Shown here: positions 1 to 9,958 of the stretch, piece after piece
How positions within the stretch are numbered: the stretch's first letter is position 1
Layout of the letters: each line of letters begins with the position of its first letter
Assembly (NCBI GenBank): GCA_021740905.1
Contig: JAIOYV010000012.1
Span: forward strand, 25,786-89,785
Direction of reading: 5' to 3'
DNA from: Bacteroidales bacterium
Lineage (GTDB): Bacteria > Bacteroidota > Bacteroidia > Bacteroidales > M50B96
Length of the DNA stretch: 64,000 bases
Program-made: the position numbers and the translations under genes
Notes under the pieces: model-generated
Told to the model about the DNA's origin: nothing
Seen by the model: only the letters and a program-made list of their open reading frames with translations
Databases searched by the model: none

Positions 1-2
1 TT

Positions 3-194
3 TTTCAACTGGCACAAGTTTTTTTTCCGAATAAAAGCTTAAAGACTTTTGAAATCCCTTTTGGCCCATTGAGCAGCTTTGCCGTAATGGATCTATATTC
101 AACATTGAAAATAAGCTTGATAAAGCCTGGACATTCGCCACCATTCTTGATCAAGACTCCAATTTACATCAATATCGCCAGTTTTCGTTGTTGA
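3..194 (+). CDS. 3' end of a probable HYC_CC_PP-family protein (partial, not in the ORF track)
   Basis: Frame is open from the window edge and ends ...GHSPPFLIKTPIYINIASFRC*. The PP motif and FR ending fit this family, which usually precedes metal-type TonB receptors. Confidence 0.6.
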   Translation, partial: FQLAQVFFPNKSLKTFEIPFGPLSSFAVMDLYSTLKISLIKPGHSPPFLIKTPIYINIASFRC

Positions 195-267
195 GAATTC
201 CTTTTGTAATATTATTTCATCAGAAGGAAAATAACATCAGTTCAACAATCAACACGAAACAATCAAC

Positions 268-2493
268 ATGAATAAAATTATCTTAGTTATTGCATTGACT
301 GCCATATCAATGTTTGCCATTGCGCAACAAAAATACATCGAGGGAAATATCGAGGGTCTCAATCCATCGGAAAAAAACGGTAAACCCATCTCACTTGTCC
401 AGGCCAATGTGTATTGGGCAGGCACAACCATCGGGGCTGTAAGTAACGAAAAAGGTCGCTTTAAAATAGCCCTTCCCGAAGGCCACAACCCGAAACTTGT
501 GATCAGCTACATTGGTTATAAAAATGATACGATTACAATTTCGGGCGATATGGAAAACCTGGAAATAATCCTCGAAACAAGCAAAGAAATTGACGAGGTA
601 ACCGTGTACGACCGACAGAAGGGCAGTTATATCTCGAAGATCGAAACCATACAAACCGAAACGGTAACCTCGGCCGGGTTACAAAAACTGCCCTGTTGCA
701 ACCTGGCCGAAAGCTTCGAAAACACAGCCACTGTCGACGTAGGTTATGCTGATGCTGTTAGTGGTGCAAAACAAATAATGATGTTGGGCCTGGCCGGGAA
801 ATACAGCCAAATCATAGTAGAGAAAAAACCAGCTGTACGTGGGTTGGCCTCCAACTTTGGCTTGAACTACATACCCGGCACCTGGATGGAATCGATTCAG
901 GTCTCGAAGGGTACAGCCTCGGTGATCGACGGATATGAATCAGTCACGGGCCAGATAAATGTGGAGTTCAAAAAACCCGATACAGCCGAACCTTTACATG
1001 TAAACCTGTATGGCAACCACTTGGGCCGGATGGAAGCAAACATCACTTCGGCACAAAAAATAAATGACCACTGGAGCACTATGTTGCTGTTTAGTGGCGG
1101 GCATAATGATATGAAACACGACCTGAACGACGATGGCTTCATCGACCTGCCATTAAGCTCACAGGTGCATGTGATGAACCGATGGAAATACGACAGCAAG
1201 AAAAACTACCGGGGGCAGTTTGGCTTTACCTTTTTGAACGAAGACCGCACCGGTGGACAAATGTCAATGGATGGCGACAACCAGACTTTTGCTCCCAACC
1301 TGTACAGGATCGGCATCAAAACAAAACGATACGATGTATATGGGAAAAACGGGTTCACGCTGCCCCATAATTCTAATCAAAGCATTGGGATGATAGCTTC
1401 GGCATCGAGGCACGAAGTGGAGTCGTTTTATGGCAATCGAGAATACGCAGGCGAGCAAACAAACTTTTATTTCAACGCCATTTTCCGTACCCGTTTATGG
1501 ACTTGCGAGCAAAACCTAAATGCAGGATTTAGTTTTATGTATGATGATTACGATGAGCGTTTTGAAGGTGTAGATTACCTGCGCGAAGAAAAGGTCCCCG
1601 GAATTTTTGCAGAGTACAATTACACCACCAGCCAATTAAATTTTATTGCAGGGGCACGTATGGATCATCATAATTTGTATGGAAATTTCTTTACGCCCCG
1701 GATGCACATAAAATATAACCTCAGCGACGAAACCATCATTCGTGGATCGCTTGGAAAGGGCTACAAGGTGGCCAATATTTTTAGCGAGAACCCTGGCCTA
1801 TTTGCCAGTTCGAGGAATATTGTCCTACTCGAAAAGCTGGACATCGAAGAAGCCTGGAACATGGGGGTGAACGTAAGCCATGATATCTATTATGGTGATC
1901 GGGAAGCAATGTTGAGCATCGATTTCTACCGCACACAATTTATCAATCAGGTGGTGGTTGATATGGACCACGACCTGCACTCGGTGTATTTTTACAACCT
2001 CGATGGAAAATCATTCTCCAATAGTTTTCAGGCAGAAATCAGCACCGAGCCATTCGATCGTTTCGACCTAACCGCAGCCATACGGTACAACGACGTTAAA
2101 GTGACTTATGAAGAAAAACTAATGGAAAAGCCTTTTGTCAACAATTTCAAAGCTTTGCTCAGCATGTCGTATGCCACCAATCACAACAAGTGGATGTTCG
2201 ATGTAAACCTACAATATAATGGTAAGGGTCGTTTGCCAGAGGTTTTGAATGAAGTGCCAGGGCTTGAATACACCGATTACTCGCCCGGCTTTTTTATGTT
2301 GCAAGCCCAGGTCACCAAGAGGATTGGAAATTTTTCGGTGTATGCCGGCGGCGAAAACCTGACAGGCTATGTGCAGGACAACCCTATTATCGGAGCCAAC
2401 GACCCCTTCGGCCCCAACTTCGATGCCTCGATGGTTTGGGGTCCGATTATCGGCAGGCGGTTTTTTGTAGGTGTAAGATATACCCTTGAGTAG
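268..2493 (+). CDS. TonB-dependent receptor, probably metal-related, with N-terminal carboxypeptidase-like regulatory domain
   Basis: Signal peptide; LVISYIGY N-domain; plug with CCNLAESFE and ESIQVSKG; barrel ending GRRFFVGVRYTLE. Confidence 0.9.
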   Translation: MNKIILVIALTAISMFAIAQQKYIEGNIEGLNPSEKNGKPISLVQANVYWAGTTIGAVSNEKGRFKIALPEGHNPKLVISYIGYKNDTITISGDMENLEIILETSKEIDEVTVYDRQKGSYISKIETIQTETVTSAGLQKLPCCNLAESFENTATVDVGYADAVSGAKQIMMLGLAGKYSQIIVEKKPAVRGLASNFGLNYIPGTWMESIQVSKGTASVIDGYESVTGQINVEFKKPDTAEPLHVNLYGNHLGRMEANITSAQKINDHWSTMLLFSGGHNDMKHDLNDDGFIDLPLSSQVHVMNRWKYDSKKNYRGQFGFTFLNEDRTGGQMSMDGDNQTFAPNLYRIGIKTKRYDVYGKNGFTLPHNSNQSIGMIASASRHEVESFYGNREYAGEQTNFYFNAIFRTRLWTCEQNLNAGFSFMYDDYDERFEGVDYLREEKVPGIFAEYNYTTSQLNFIAGARMDHHNLYGNFFTPRMHIKYNLSDETIIRGSLGKGYKVANIFSENPGLFASSRNIVLLEKLDIEEAWNMGVNVSHDIYYGDREAMLSIDFYRTQFINQVVVDMDHDLHSVYFYNLDGKSFSNSFQAEISTEPFDRFDLTAAIRYNDVKVTYEEKLMEKPFVNNFKALLSMSYATNHNKWMFDVNLQYNGKGRLPEVLNEVPGLEYTDYSPGFFMLQAQVTKRIGNFSVYAGGENLTGYVQDNPIIGANDPFGPNFDASMVWGPIIGRRFFVGVRYTLE

Positions 2494-2613
2494 ATAATTA
2501 GGTTGAGTAAGGAATTGAGCAATTAGCTTGAAGAACCGGTGGTCATTCCTGATTTCTACAAATATTTCGAGGCTCTGCCACAAATGATAAAGGTGAAGAG
2601 CACCGAAATACGT

Positions 2614-3252
2614 TTATTGCAAACTAATTTTCCCCGTTTCAGTTTTCTTATCCGAAACGAGATGATAAAAATACATGCCTTTGGGCATAAGCGAAAAGTC
2701 AAACTGATGGGTATCAAGCTGGGTGTCCAGTTCATCAGAATAAACAAGTTTGCCATTCATTGAAAATAAATCAAATCGAAGAGTGGAAACCTGAAAATCT
2801 GTGTCCAAATTAAGGAAGCCCTTGCAGGGATTTGGATAAACTGAGTGGTCCACCGTTTCATTAAGATCGTCAATCGAGAAGGGATCGGGGTTCAATACAA
2901 ATGCATCGGACATGCTTAGGAAACCATCCATTTCGCTAAACACATTCAAATCGTAAGAGCCTAAAATATGATAGGATGAAAAGGTAAACTCACATAATAT
3001 CAGTGTGTCGTTTATTACGATGGTATAATTGGGAACTATTGAAGCAGCTTCACCTTGCTTTAACCATACTTGAGTGGGATTGGGAGTTGCAATAGTTGTT
3101 GTGCCCTGATTAAAATGGGTCCCCTGCCCACTTATGGTTACATTTAAAGTATGATTCTGATAGCCAACAGGTGGAGAAATAGTAGTAATAGTTTGGGATG
3201 AAAGACCAAAGTAAAAAACAAGCAAGCCAACAATAAGTACAATATGTTTCAT
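2614..3252 (-). CDS. Small T9SS type A sorting-domain protein with Ig/IPT-like domain
   Basis: Signal peptide MKHIVLIV (start 3252 preferred); C-terminal VYPNP...GMYFY...GKISLQ. Confidence 0.8.
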   Translation of the reverse strand: MKHIVLIVGLLVFYFGLSSQTITTISPPVGYQNHTLNVTISGQGTHFNQGTTTIATPNPTQVWLKQGEAASIVPNYTIVINDTLILCEFTFSSYHILGSYDLNVFSEMDGFLSMSDAFVLNPDPFSIDDLNETVDHSVYPNPCKGFLNLDTDFQVSTLRFDLFSMNGKLVYSDELDTQLDTHQFDFSLMPKGMYFYHLVSDKKTETGKISLQ

Positions 3253-3299
3253 GATTTTAGTTTTTGTGTTCAGCACAAAGCTAAGAGATTTACACGGAA

Positions 3300-4136
3300 T
3301 CAGAAATTATATCTTAAAGCCACACCCTGCCCCTGTTGGGCTGCCGATATTTTTACGCCCCAATTGTTTCGGTTCACCACCAGTTTCCCGATGGCCCAGC
3401 CAAAGGCAGCGGCGGCAAACACATCGCTCGCCCAGTGTTTGTTGTCGTGAATGCGAGACAGCCCAACCAACCCGGCGATGGTATAAGAAACAATGGGCAC
3501 GATTGGCTTATCCTTATATTCTTGAGCAAATACCGATGCAGCTGCCCATGCCGCCATGGTGTGCCCCGACACAAACGACCGGTAGGATTTGGTCGTTGGG
3601 CCTTCCCATTGCCAATGATCTGGCTCTGGTCCTTGATGGGGCCTATGCCGACCAAAGCTGACTTTGGTCACAAAAATAAAAAGGCTTGAAACGGCCCATG
3701 CCCGGGTCGCCTCCATAGCCACCATTTTGGTTTTTTCGTTTTTTGTAAGCAAGCCGGTAAAATAGACCCCGGCCAAGGAATATACCGTATAGTTTCTCAA
3801 TAGGTTGCCTGTTCCCCATGGATCGAGGAAATGCTCGGAAAAACGATTGCTAAAATCGGTTCGTTGCTCTTGCGACCATTGCTGAATCTGTTCATCCACG
3901 GTAAAAAGCGCGAAGGTTCCTAAAGCCACACCCGAAAAAGTCAACCATTGTTTTGTTTGCCAATGAGCCGGGGCGAGGCATACATCGCGGATATCTTTTC
4001 CGTAGGAATAAATATATTGCTTGGTGATGGATGCCTTTTTAGAATCGAAAGCAGGAAGGATTTGGGCATCGAGAGAAGAGCCAAGAAGAATGAAAAATAC
4101 TGAGCAAGCAAGTATGAAATATTTATGATAAACCAT
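3300..4136 (-). CDS. PAP2 family phosphatase
   Basis: Motifs K-x4-GRHRP, SFVSGHT, SRIHDNKHWASDV; start probably MVYHK at 4136. Confidence 0.9.
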   Translation of the reverse strand: MVYHKYFILACSVFFILLGSSLDAQILPAFDSKKASITKQYIYSYGKDIRDVCLAPAHWQTKQWLTFSGVALGTFALFTVDEQIQQWSQEQRTDFSNRFSEHFLDPWGTGNLLRNYTVYSLAGVYFTGLLTKNEKTKMVAMEATRAWAVSSLFIFVTKVSFGRHRPHQGPEPDHWQWEGPTTKSYRSFVSGHTMAAWAAASVFAQEYKDKPIVPIVSYTIAGLVGLSRIHDNKHWASDVFAAAAFGWAIGKLVVNRNNWGVKISAAQQGQGVALRYNF

Positions 4137-4137
4137 T

Positions 4138-4500
4138 TTATAAAAATGTATCGTTTTCAGCTTCAATAATCTTCTTAATTTGAATAATGTTCTCTGGGAT
4201 ATTGATGGTCGAAATATCCCAAATCATGTCATAATCTATTCCAAAATACTCATGAGAAACAAGATTTCTTAAGCCATACATTTTCCTCCATGGAAGATTT
4301 GGGTATTTATCCTTTATTACATCAGGAAGATTTTTTGATGCCTCTCCAATTATTTCAAAATTTCTGACGACGGCATCTACGACCATAAAGCTTTGTTTGA
4401 ATTCTGCCGAATTTTTAGTCCCAACATATTCTACAATGCGCAGTATCGCGGTATGAATATCATTCAAATAAATGAGGTAATTTCTATCTGTATCTTTCAT
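4138..4500 (-). CDS. hepT: HEPN (DUF86/HepT) RNase toxin
   Basis: DAVVRNFEIIGEA and RNLVSHEYF (R-x4-H); overlaps the MNT gene by 4 nt. Confidence 0.9.
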   Translation of the reverse strand: MKDTDRNYLIYLNDIHTAILRIVEYVGTKNSAEFKQSFMVVDAVVRNFEIIGEASKNLPDVIKDKYPNLPWRKMYGLRNLVSHEYFGIDYDMIWDISTINIPENIIQIKKIIEAENDTFL

Positions 4501-4790
4501 ACGTAGCGTGTTTGTTGAAGGATTGAATCTCTTAGCTCATTTCTAAGTGCTTTTATAGAAACCAAATCAACTTTTAAATCGAGTTCCTTCTCTAACAAAT
4601 CATGAAGATCAAAAAAATCCCAACCTAATGGCTTGCGAAATTCAACCAGAATGTCAATATCCGATTTTTCATCCTGGTCGTTTCTTGCGTAAGAACCAAA
4701 ATAACCAATCCTGTCCACATAAAATTTATTGGAAAGGATGGGTTTTAAATCTCTTAATCTGGTTTCTATTTCAGTTTGTGTCATCATCAT
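4497..4790 (-). CDS. mntA: Minimal nucleotidyltransferase antitoxin
   Basis: FGSYARND...SDIDILV (GS-x10-DxD) and KVDLV. Confidence 0.9.
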   Translation of the reverse strand: MMMTQTEIETRLRDLKPILSNKFYVDRIGYFGSYARNDQDEKSDIDILVEFRKPLGWDFFDLHDLLEKELDLKVDLVSIKALRNELRDSILQQTRYV

Positions 4791-4888
4791 ACAAATATAA
4801 GGATTTCAAAGCTAATTGAATCAACCCAAAAATAGAGAACTACATCTTGAATCCAACCCACTCATTACATATTCATCATAATAATTAA

Positions 4889-5677
4889 TCATTTCCTCTT
4901 CGCTTCTTCCCAATATTTATCCATCTCCGCCAAGCTCATGTCATGCAACGATTTTCCTTGTTGGATTGTTTTTTCTTCAAGATAATTAAATCGCTTGATA
5001 AATTTCCGGTTGGTCCGCTCCAGGGCATTCTCGGGGTTTATGCCGTACAAACGTGCTGCGTTGATCAGCGAAAAAAACAGGTCGCCAAATTCGGCTTCGG
5101 TTTTGTCGAAATCTTGTTGCTCGATTTCATGTTTCAGTTCGTTCAATTCTTCGTTTACTTTGTCCCACACCTGCGAGCGTTCTTCCCAATCGAACCCGAC
5201 GCCACGGGCTTTGTCCTGGATGCGGTTGGCTTTTACCAGTGCCGGCAAGGATTCAGGGACACCGCCTAACACCGTATTTTTCGTGCCCTTGCCGTTTTTT
5301 TCTTTTAGTTTGATGGCTTCCCAATTATCGGCCACCTCCCGGGCATCGGCCACTTTCACTCCGCCGTAAATGTGTGGGTGGCGGAACACCAGTTTATCGC
5401 ACAAGGCATTAGTGACATCGGCAATGTCAAATGCCTCCTTCTCCTCCCCTATTTTTGCATAGAAAACAATGTGGAGAAGAATGTCGCCCAGTTCTTTTTT
5501 TATTTCCTGAAGGTCATCTTTAAGGATGGCATCGGCCAGTTCGTACACTTCCTCCAGGGTAAGGGTGCGAAGGCTTTCGAGGGTTTGTGCTTTGTCCCAT
5601 GGGCATTGCGCACGCAACTCGTCCATGATGGTAAGCAGCCGCTCGAAGGCTTTTAGTTTGTCTTGTATGTTGTTCAT
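4889..5677 (-). CDS. mazG: Nucleoside triphosphate pyrophosphohydrolase MazG
   Basis: CPWDKAQT, EEVYEL, ELGDILL, RHPHIY, EFGDLFF; start trimmed to MNNIQ at 5677. Confidence 0.95.
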   Translation of the reverse strand: MNNIQDKLKAFERLLTIMDELRAQCPWDKAQTLESLRTLTLEEVYELADAILKDDLQEIKKELGDILLHIVFYAKIGEEKEAFDIADVTNALCDKLVFRHPHIYGGVKVADAREVADNWEAIKLKEKNGKGTKNTVLGGVPESLPALVKANRIQDKARGVGFDWEERSQVWDKVNEELNELKHEIEQQDFDKTEAEFGDLFFSLINAARLYGINPENALERTNRKFIKRFNYLEEKTIQQGKSLHDMSLAEMDKYWEEAKRK

Positions 5678-5680
5678 GTC

Positions 5681-5816
5681 AGAGAGTTCAGAGTTCAAAT
5701 AGTTCAGAGTACAAAATTCAAGCTCTTCCGCTTGACTCGTTTCAAATCTCCAGTTCAAATTTCTTCAAACACAGACCTCAAAACTTTCCAACTCAGAACT
5801 TTCCAACTCAGAACTT
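5681..5816. repeat. Imperfect inverted array of AGTTC-based 7/8-mers between divergent mazG and phoH
   Basis: Left arm agagttcagagttcaaatagttcagagt; right arm (aactttccaactcag)x2+aactt at 5782-5816; an exact 20-nt reverse-complement copy lies at 46891-46910. Confidence 0.75.
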
Positions 5817-5853
5817 ATTTCTTATTTTGTCCCCGTAAAAGTAAAAAGAATAA

Positions 5854-6822
5854 TTGCAATCAATGTCTGAAAGAATAATCTATTTCGACGGGATCGACCC
5901 GGTTGATATCTATGGTGTTAACAATGCCAAGCTGGAGCGGCTTAAAAACTTTTTTTCGAAGCTGAAAATTGTTGCACGGGGAAACGAGCTAAAAGCCATT
6001 GGGGAAGAGTCGGAGTTGGAATTGTTTGGGCGCAAAATCCAGATGCTGATCGATCATTTTCACCAATATAATATTATCACCAACAACGACTTTGAGCGGA
6101 TAATTTTGGTTGAAGACAGTGATGCCCCTGTTGGCAATGGCAAACGCGAAGAGCCTTTGCTGTTTGGCAACAATGGAAAACTGATCCGTGCCCGAACTCC
6201 GAATCAGTTAAAGATGGTGGAAGATTCCCAGAAAAACGACCTCCTTTTTGCCATCGGCCCTGCCGGGACCGGAAAAACATATACGGCCATTGCCCTCGCA
6301 GTGCGTGCTTTGAAAAACCGCGAGGTGAAAAAGATTGTGTTGAGCCGACCCGCCGTTGAAGCTGGCGAAAACCTTGGTTTCCTGCCCGGCGACTTAAAAG
6401 AGAAAATCGATCCCTACCTGATTCCTCTTTACGATGCCCTCGACGACATGATCCCATCCAAAAAACTAAAGGATATGATGGAGGAAGGCATCATCCAGAT
6501 TGCCCCTCTTGCATTTATGCGGGGCCGCACGCTCGAAAATGCATTTGTGATCTTGGATGAAGCCCAGAACGCCACACTCAATCAATTTAAAATGTTTGTG
6601 ACCCGAATGGGGATGAACGCCAAATTCATCGTAACTGGTGATATAACCCAAATCGACTTACCCAAAAAAAGTCAGTCGGGATTATTGCAGGCACTCACTA
6701 TTTTGGAAGGGATAAAAGGCATTTCTGTTATCCGCTTCAACGAGCAGGACATTGTGCGGCATCCTTTGGTGAAAAAGATTGTGGCGGCTTATGATAAGCT
6801 TTATAAGGACAAAGTTGAGTAA
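5854..6822 (+). CDS. phoH: PhoH family ATPase
   Basis: GPAGTGKT, RPAVEAGENLGFLPG, FMRGRT, DEAQN, GDITQID. Confidence 0.95.
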   Translation: MQSMSERIIYFDGIDPVDIYGVNNAKLERLKNFFSKLKIVARGNELKAIGEESELELFGRKIQMLIDHFHQYNIITNNDFERIILVEDSDAPVGNGKREEPLLFGNNGKLIRARTPNQLKMVEDSQKNDLLFAIGPAGTGKTYTAIALAVRALKNREVKKIVLSRPAVEAGENLGFLPGDLKEKIDPYLIPLYDALDDMIPSKKLKDMMEEGIIQIAPLAFMRGRTLENAFVILDEAQNATLNQFKMFVTRMGMNAKFIVTGDITQIDLPKKSQSGLLQALTILEGIKGISVIRFNEQDIVRHPLVKKIVAAYDKLYKDKVE

Positions 6823-6950
6823 GGAATTGGGAAATTAAGGAGAATGAGGCATAGATAGAAAAGTAGACATGCAAGGCTTTCGTCTCAGCCAGTTTTGGAA
6901 AAAAGGAATTAGGTAATTGTAGTTGAAAAAATAGGAGAATAAAGAATTAA
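6820..6950 (+). repeat. RRGGAATT-type 8-mer repeats starting at the phoH stop codon
   Basis: taaggaattgggaaattaaggagaatgagg and later aaggaattaggtaatt, aaagaatt. Confidence 0.6.
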
Positions 6951-7010
6951 GTGGATTTATTGTATTTTTGGAATCAGATAATTTAGTTTGCCATTAATTA
7001 AATTGCAATT

Positions 7011-8240
7011 ATGACCGGGATTACCTTATTAGATGTATTTATTGGCTTGACATTCTTGTATTTACTATTTAGTTTGTTTGCCACTATTATTTTAGAGCTT
7101 ATCAATAATATTCTGAGGCTTCGGGCGCAGAATCTGGCTTTCACCCTAAAAAGGATGATGCTTGATGAGGTTAACCCCAAGATTAGATTTATTGACAAGA
7201 TCAAGAATAAACTGTTTGGGACTTTTGGCTTTTTATTCGGGACTAAAAATGAAAATCTTTTCAAGGCTTTTATAAATCAACCAACCATCAAATATTTGAG
7301 CAACGGTGGACTTGTCAACAAACCTTCCTACTTATCACCGACCGACTTTTCCAAAGCACTGATAGATTCGCTTAAGGATAGTGCTCCGGACGAAGCCACG
7401 AAATTAGAGAAGATTAAAACCGGCATCAGCAAATTGTTCCCAGAAGGTTCTGAAACAAAAAAACATATCCTCTCGCTTCTCGACGACGCTGAAAATGATT
7501 TGGAGAGGTTTAAAGTCTTGCTTGAGAACTGGTTCGAAAGTACAATGGAAAGGGCTATTGGGTGGTACAAAAGACGAATCCAGGTTATTTTACTGGCCTT
7601 AGGAATGATCATAGCTTTTAGCTTAAATTTAGACACAATAAAAATCGCCGGAAAACTTTCAAAAGATAAAAATGCGCGAGAGCAGATGGTTAACATGTCG
7701 ATTGCCTATATGGAAGCCAATAAGGACATCATTGTCAAAAATATGGAAATCAATCCTTCCAGCACATCTCAGCATGATTCTATTACAAAAGCAAAAATCG
7801 ACACTTTGTTACAGGTTAAAAAACAAGTTGAGAATGATATTGCAAACGCATCTAAAATAATTGATGCAGGATGGCCCGATGAAAAAGAGTTTACACCAAG
7901 TTGGTCGGCTGATACCTCGGAAGCAAATCGCAAGCTGTTTTTTATGGATAAGGTCGAAATAGCTTTGGCTAAAAAAGACACATTAGTGGGGGTTGAATAT
8001 CCGGCAAATATAGACAAGGCTGACTTCAAGAAATTTATCCTGGGAAAAGAATATAAGAAAGTCTATTATAGGAGTAGCTTTAAGTGGTGGACCTGGATTC
8101 ATCATTTCTGGGGGTATTTGCTTACCGCTCTGGCCATTTCGGTTGGTGCCCCATTTTGGTTCGATTTGCTAAACAAACTTGTGAAGTTACGTGGGTCGGT
8201 TGCACAAAGCACAACTTCGACGGAAGGAAAGAGGAATTAA
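7011..8240 (+). CDS. Conserved hypothetical membrane protein (accessory)
   Basis: 409 aa with several TM segments and conserved-looking blocks PSYLS, WFESTMER..GWYKRR, GAPFWFDLLNKL; AT-richer than its neighbours. Confidence 0.8.
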   Translation: MTGITLLDVFIGLTFLYLLFSLFATIILELINNILRLRAQNLAFTLKRMMLDEVNPKIRFIDKIKNKLFGTFGFLFGTKNENLFKAFINQPTIKYLSNGGLVNKPSYLSPTDFSKALIDSLKDSAPDEATKLEKIKTGISKLFPEGSETKKHILSLLDDAENDLERFKVLLENWFESTMERAIGWYKRRIQVILLALGMIIAFSLNLDTIKIAGKLSKDKNAREQMVNMSIAYMEANKDIIVKNMEINPSSTSQHDSITKAKIDTLLQVKKQVENDIANASKIIDAGWPDEKEFTPSWSADTSEANRKLFFMDKVEIALAKKDTLVGVEYPANIDKADFKKFILGKEYKKVYYRSSFKWWTWIHHFWGYLLTALAISVGAPFWFDLLNKLVKLRGSVAQSTTSTEGKRN

Positions 8241-8323
8241 GGAAATGAGGAATTAGGGAAACAAGGAATTACTTAATTATTCACTCAACTTAATTACATA
8301 TTTTCTCAATTACATAATTCACT
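8231..8323. repeat. Inverted 8-mer array left of the four-helix-bundle gene
   Basis: gaggaatt-aaggaaat-gaggaatt-agggaaac-aaggaatt (8231-8270), then the complementary-type arm aattacat-attttctc-aattacat-aattcact. Confidence 0.85.
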
Positions 8324-8333
8324 AAAAAGAGAT

Positions 8334-8696
8334 ATGAAAGCAACATTTAAGACATTGGAAGCATGGAAGAAGGGCAGAGAGTTGCAAAAAAGGATTTCGA
8401 AGCTTACAAAATCATTTCCACCAGAAGATAAATATAAACTTACCGATCAAATAATAAGGTCATCCCGATCGGTAACCGCAAACATCGCCGAAGGGTATGG
8501 TCGTTTTCATTATCAGGGACATGCCCAGTTTTGCAGGACTGCAAGAGGATCACTTTTCGAAACAATTGACCATCTTACTGTCGCACAGGATGAAGAATAC
8601 ATTGACGAAGCTCAGTTTGAAAACCTTAGGTCTGAGGTTCTGGAAGTAGTAAAAATACTTAATGGTTACATAAAATATCTATTAGATCAAAAATAG
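8334..8696 (+). CDS. Four helix bundle protein (23S rRNA IVP / Avd-like family)
   Basis: FKTLEAWKK, FPPEDKYKLTDQIIRSSRSVTANIAEGYGR, ARGSLFE, LNGYIKYL. Confidence 0.92.
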   Translation: MKATFKTLEAWKKGRELQKRISKLTKSFPPEDKYKLTDQIIRSSRSVTANIAEGYGRFHYQGHAQFCRTARGSLFETIDHLTVAQDEEYIDEAQFENLRSEVLEVVKILNGYIKYLLDQK

Positions 8697-8771
8697 GAAA
8701 TTAGGAAATTGAGGAATTTTGATAATACCTATAAACCCTAATTACCTAATTGCACAATTACTTAATTACTA
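8695..8771. repeat. Inverted 8-mer array right of the four-helix-bundle gene
   Basis: aggaaatt-aggaaatt-gaggaatt starting inside the stop codon; aattacct-aattgcac-aattactt-aattacta ending just before the purC ATG. Confidence 0.85.
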
Positions 8772-8777
8772 AATAAA

Positions 8778-9719
8778 ATGAACGCAATTACAGAAACAAA
8801 TTTTAAATTTCCGGGTGTAAAGAACATATATAAAGGCAAAGTGCGAGATGTGTACGCCATGGAAAATGGCTTGATGGTGATGGTGGTATCCGACCGGATT
8901 TCGGCTTTCGATGTGGTATTGCCAAAGGGAATCCCTTACAAAGGGCAGGTGTTGAACCAGATTGCAGAGAAATTTCTTGATGCAACTTCTGACATAGTCC
9001 CAAACTGGAAAATCGCCTCGCCCGACCCGATGGTGACAGCCGGTCATTATTGCGAGCCTTTTGCTATTGAGATGATCATCCGGGGATTTCTTACAGGCAG
9101 CTCATGGCGGTCGTACAAAAATGGTTCGCGCATGATTTGTGGTGTGCCAATTCCCGAAGGTATGCAAGAGCACCAAGCGTTTGGTGAACCAATTATTACA
9201 CCAACCACAAAAGCTATGGAAGGTCACGACGAAGATATTTCGCGAGAAGAAATCCTAAAGCAGGGTATTGTTTCCGAAGAGGATTATGTGTTACTCGAAA
9301 AATACACCCGCCATCTTTTCCAGCGTGGTTGCGAGATAGCCGACAAGATGGGCCTTATTCTGGTAGACACAAAATATGAATTCGGAAAAAAAGATGGCCA
9401 GATTTACTTGATCGACGAAATCCACACACCGGATTCATCACGGTATTTTTACAAAGAAGGCTATGCCGACCGTTTCCTAAAGGGAGAAAACCAAAAGCAA
9501 CTGTCGAAAGAGTTTGTGCGCGAGTGGCTAATGGAAAATGGTTTCCAGGGCAAAGAAGGCCAGCAGGTTCCCAAAATGACAGATGAGTTTGTAAACCTGG
9601 TATCGGAACGCTACATCGAACTCTACGAAAACATTACCGGCGACAAATTCCAAAAAGCCGACATTTCGGATGTGGAGGCACGGATTGAAAAAAATGTGCT
9701 GGAGTTTTTGAAGGGGTAA
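8778..9719 (+). CDS. purC: SAICAR synthetase
   Basis: [44 protein letters not shown]. Confidence 0.97.
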   Translation: MNAITETNFKFPGVKNIYKGKVRDVYAMENGLMVMVVSDRISAFDVVLPKGIPYKGQVLNQIAEKFLDATSDIVPNWKIASPDPMVTAGHYCEPFAIEMIIRGFLTGSSWRSYKNGSRMICGVPIPEGMQEHQAFGEPIITPTTKAMEGHDEDISREEILKQGIVSEEDYVLLEKYTRHLFQRGCEIADKMGLILVDTKYEFGKKDGQIYLIDEIHTPDSSRYFYKEGYADRFLKGENQKQLSKEFVREWLMENGFQGKEGQQVPKMTDEFVNLVSERYIELYENITGDKFQKADISDVEARIEKNVLEFLKG

Positions 9720-9855
9720 AAAAAGTCTATTAGTTTCCTTCTGCGTTTTTGGAAAAAGGATATTTATCATACCAAGCCTGCCATAACTTTCACCGGGAAA
9801 AGTGAGGAGTAGCAGGGCTAGATTTATTCCATTGAATATTCCTTTTCTACTTAGC

Positions 9856-9906
9856 GTCCATCCGTAAAGTGCTTGATTTTAATTTTTTATAACTTTTTGG
9901 ATGGAC
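9856..9906. repeat. Short inverted-repeat element, MITE-like or bidirectional terminator
   Basis: gtccatccgtaaagt ... actttttggatggac, with tacttag close by on both sides. Confidence 0.5.
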
Positions 9907-9958
9907 CTTACTTAGATACTGCGACCACAAGGTTTCAAATATCCAAATGTTTTAAGTA

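Noticed and set aside
5678-5758. Long N-terminal extensions in the ORF track (mazG; also the helicase to 62895, BACON gene to 18714, rfaE2 to 54162)
   Set aside because: They run through repeat or promoter DNA; downstream ATGs fit the expected protein starts better.
8334-8696. Diversity-generating retroelement suggested by the Avd-like gene
   Set aside because: No reverse transcriptase or template/variable repeat pair in the window.
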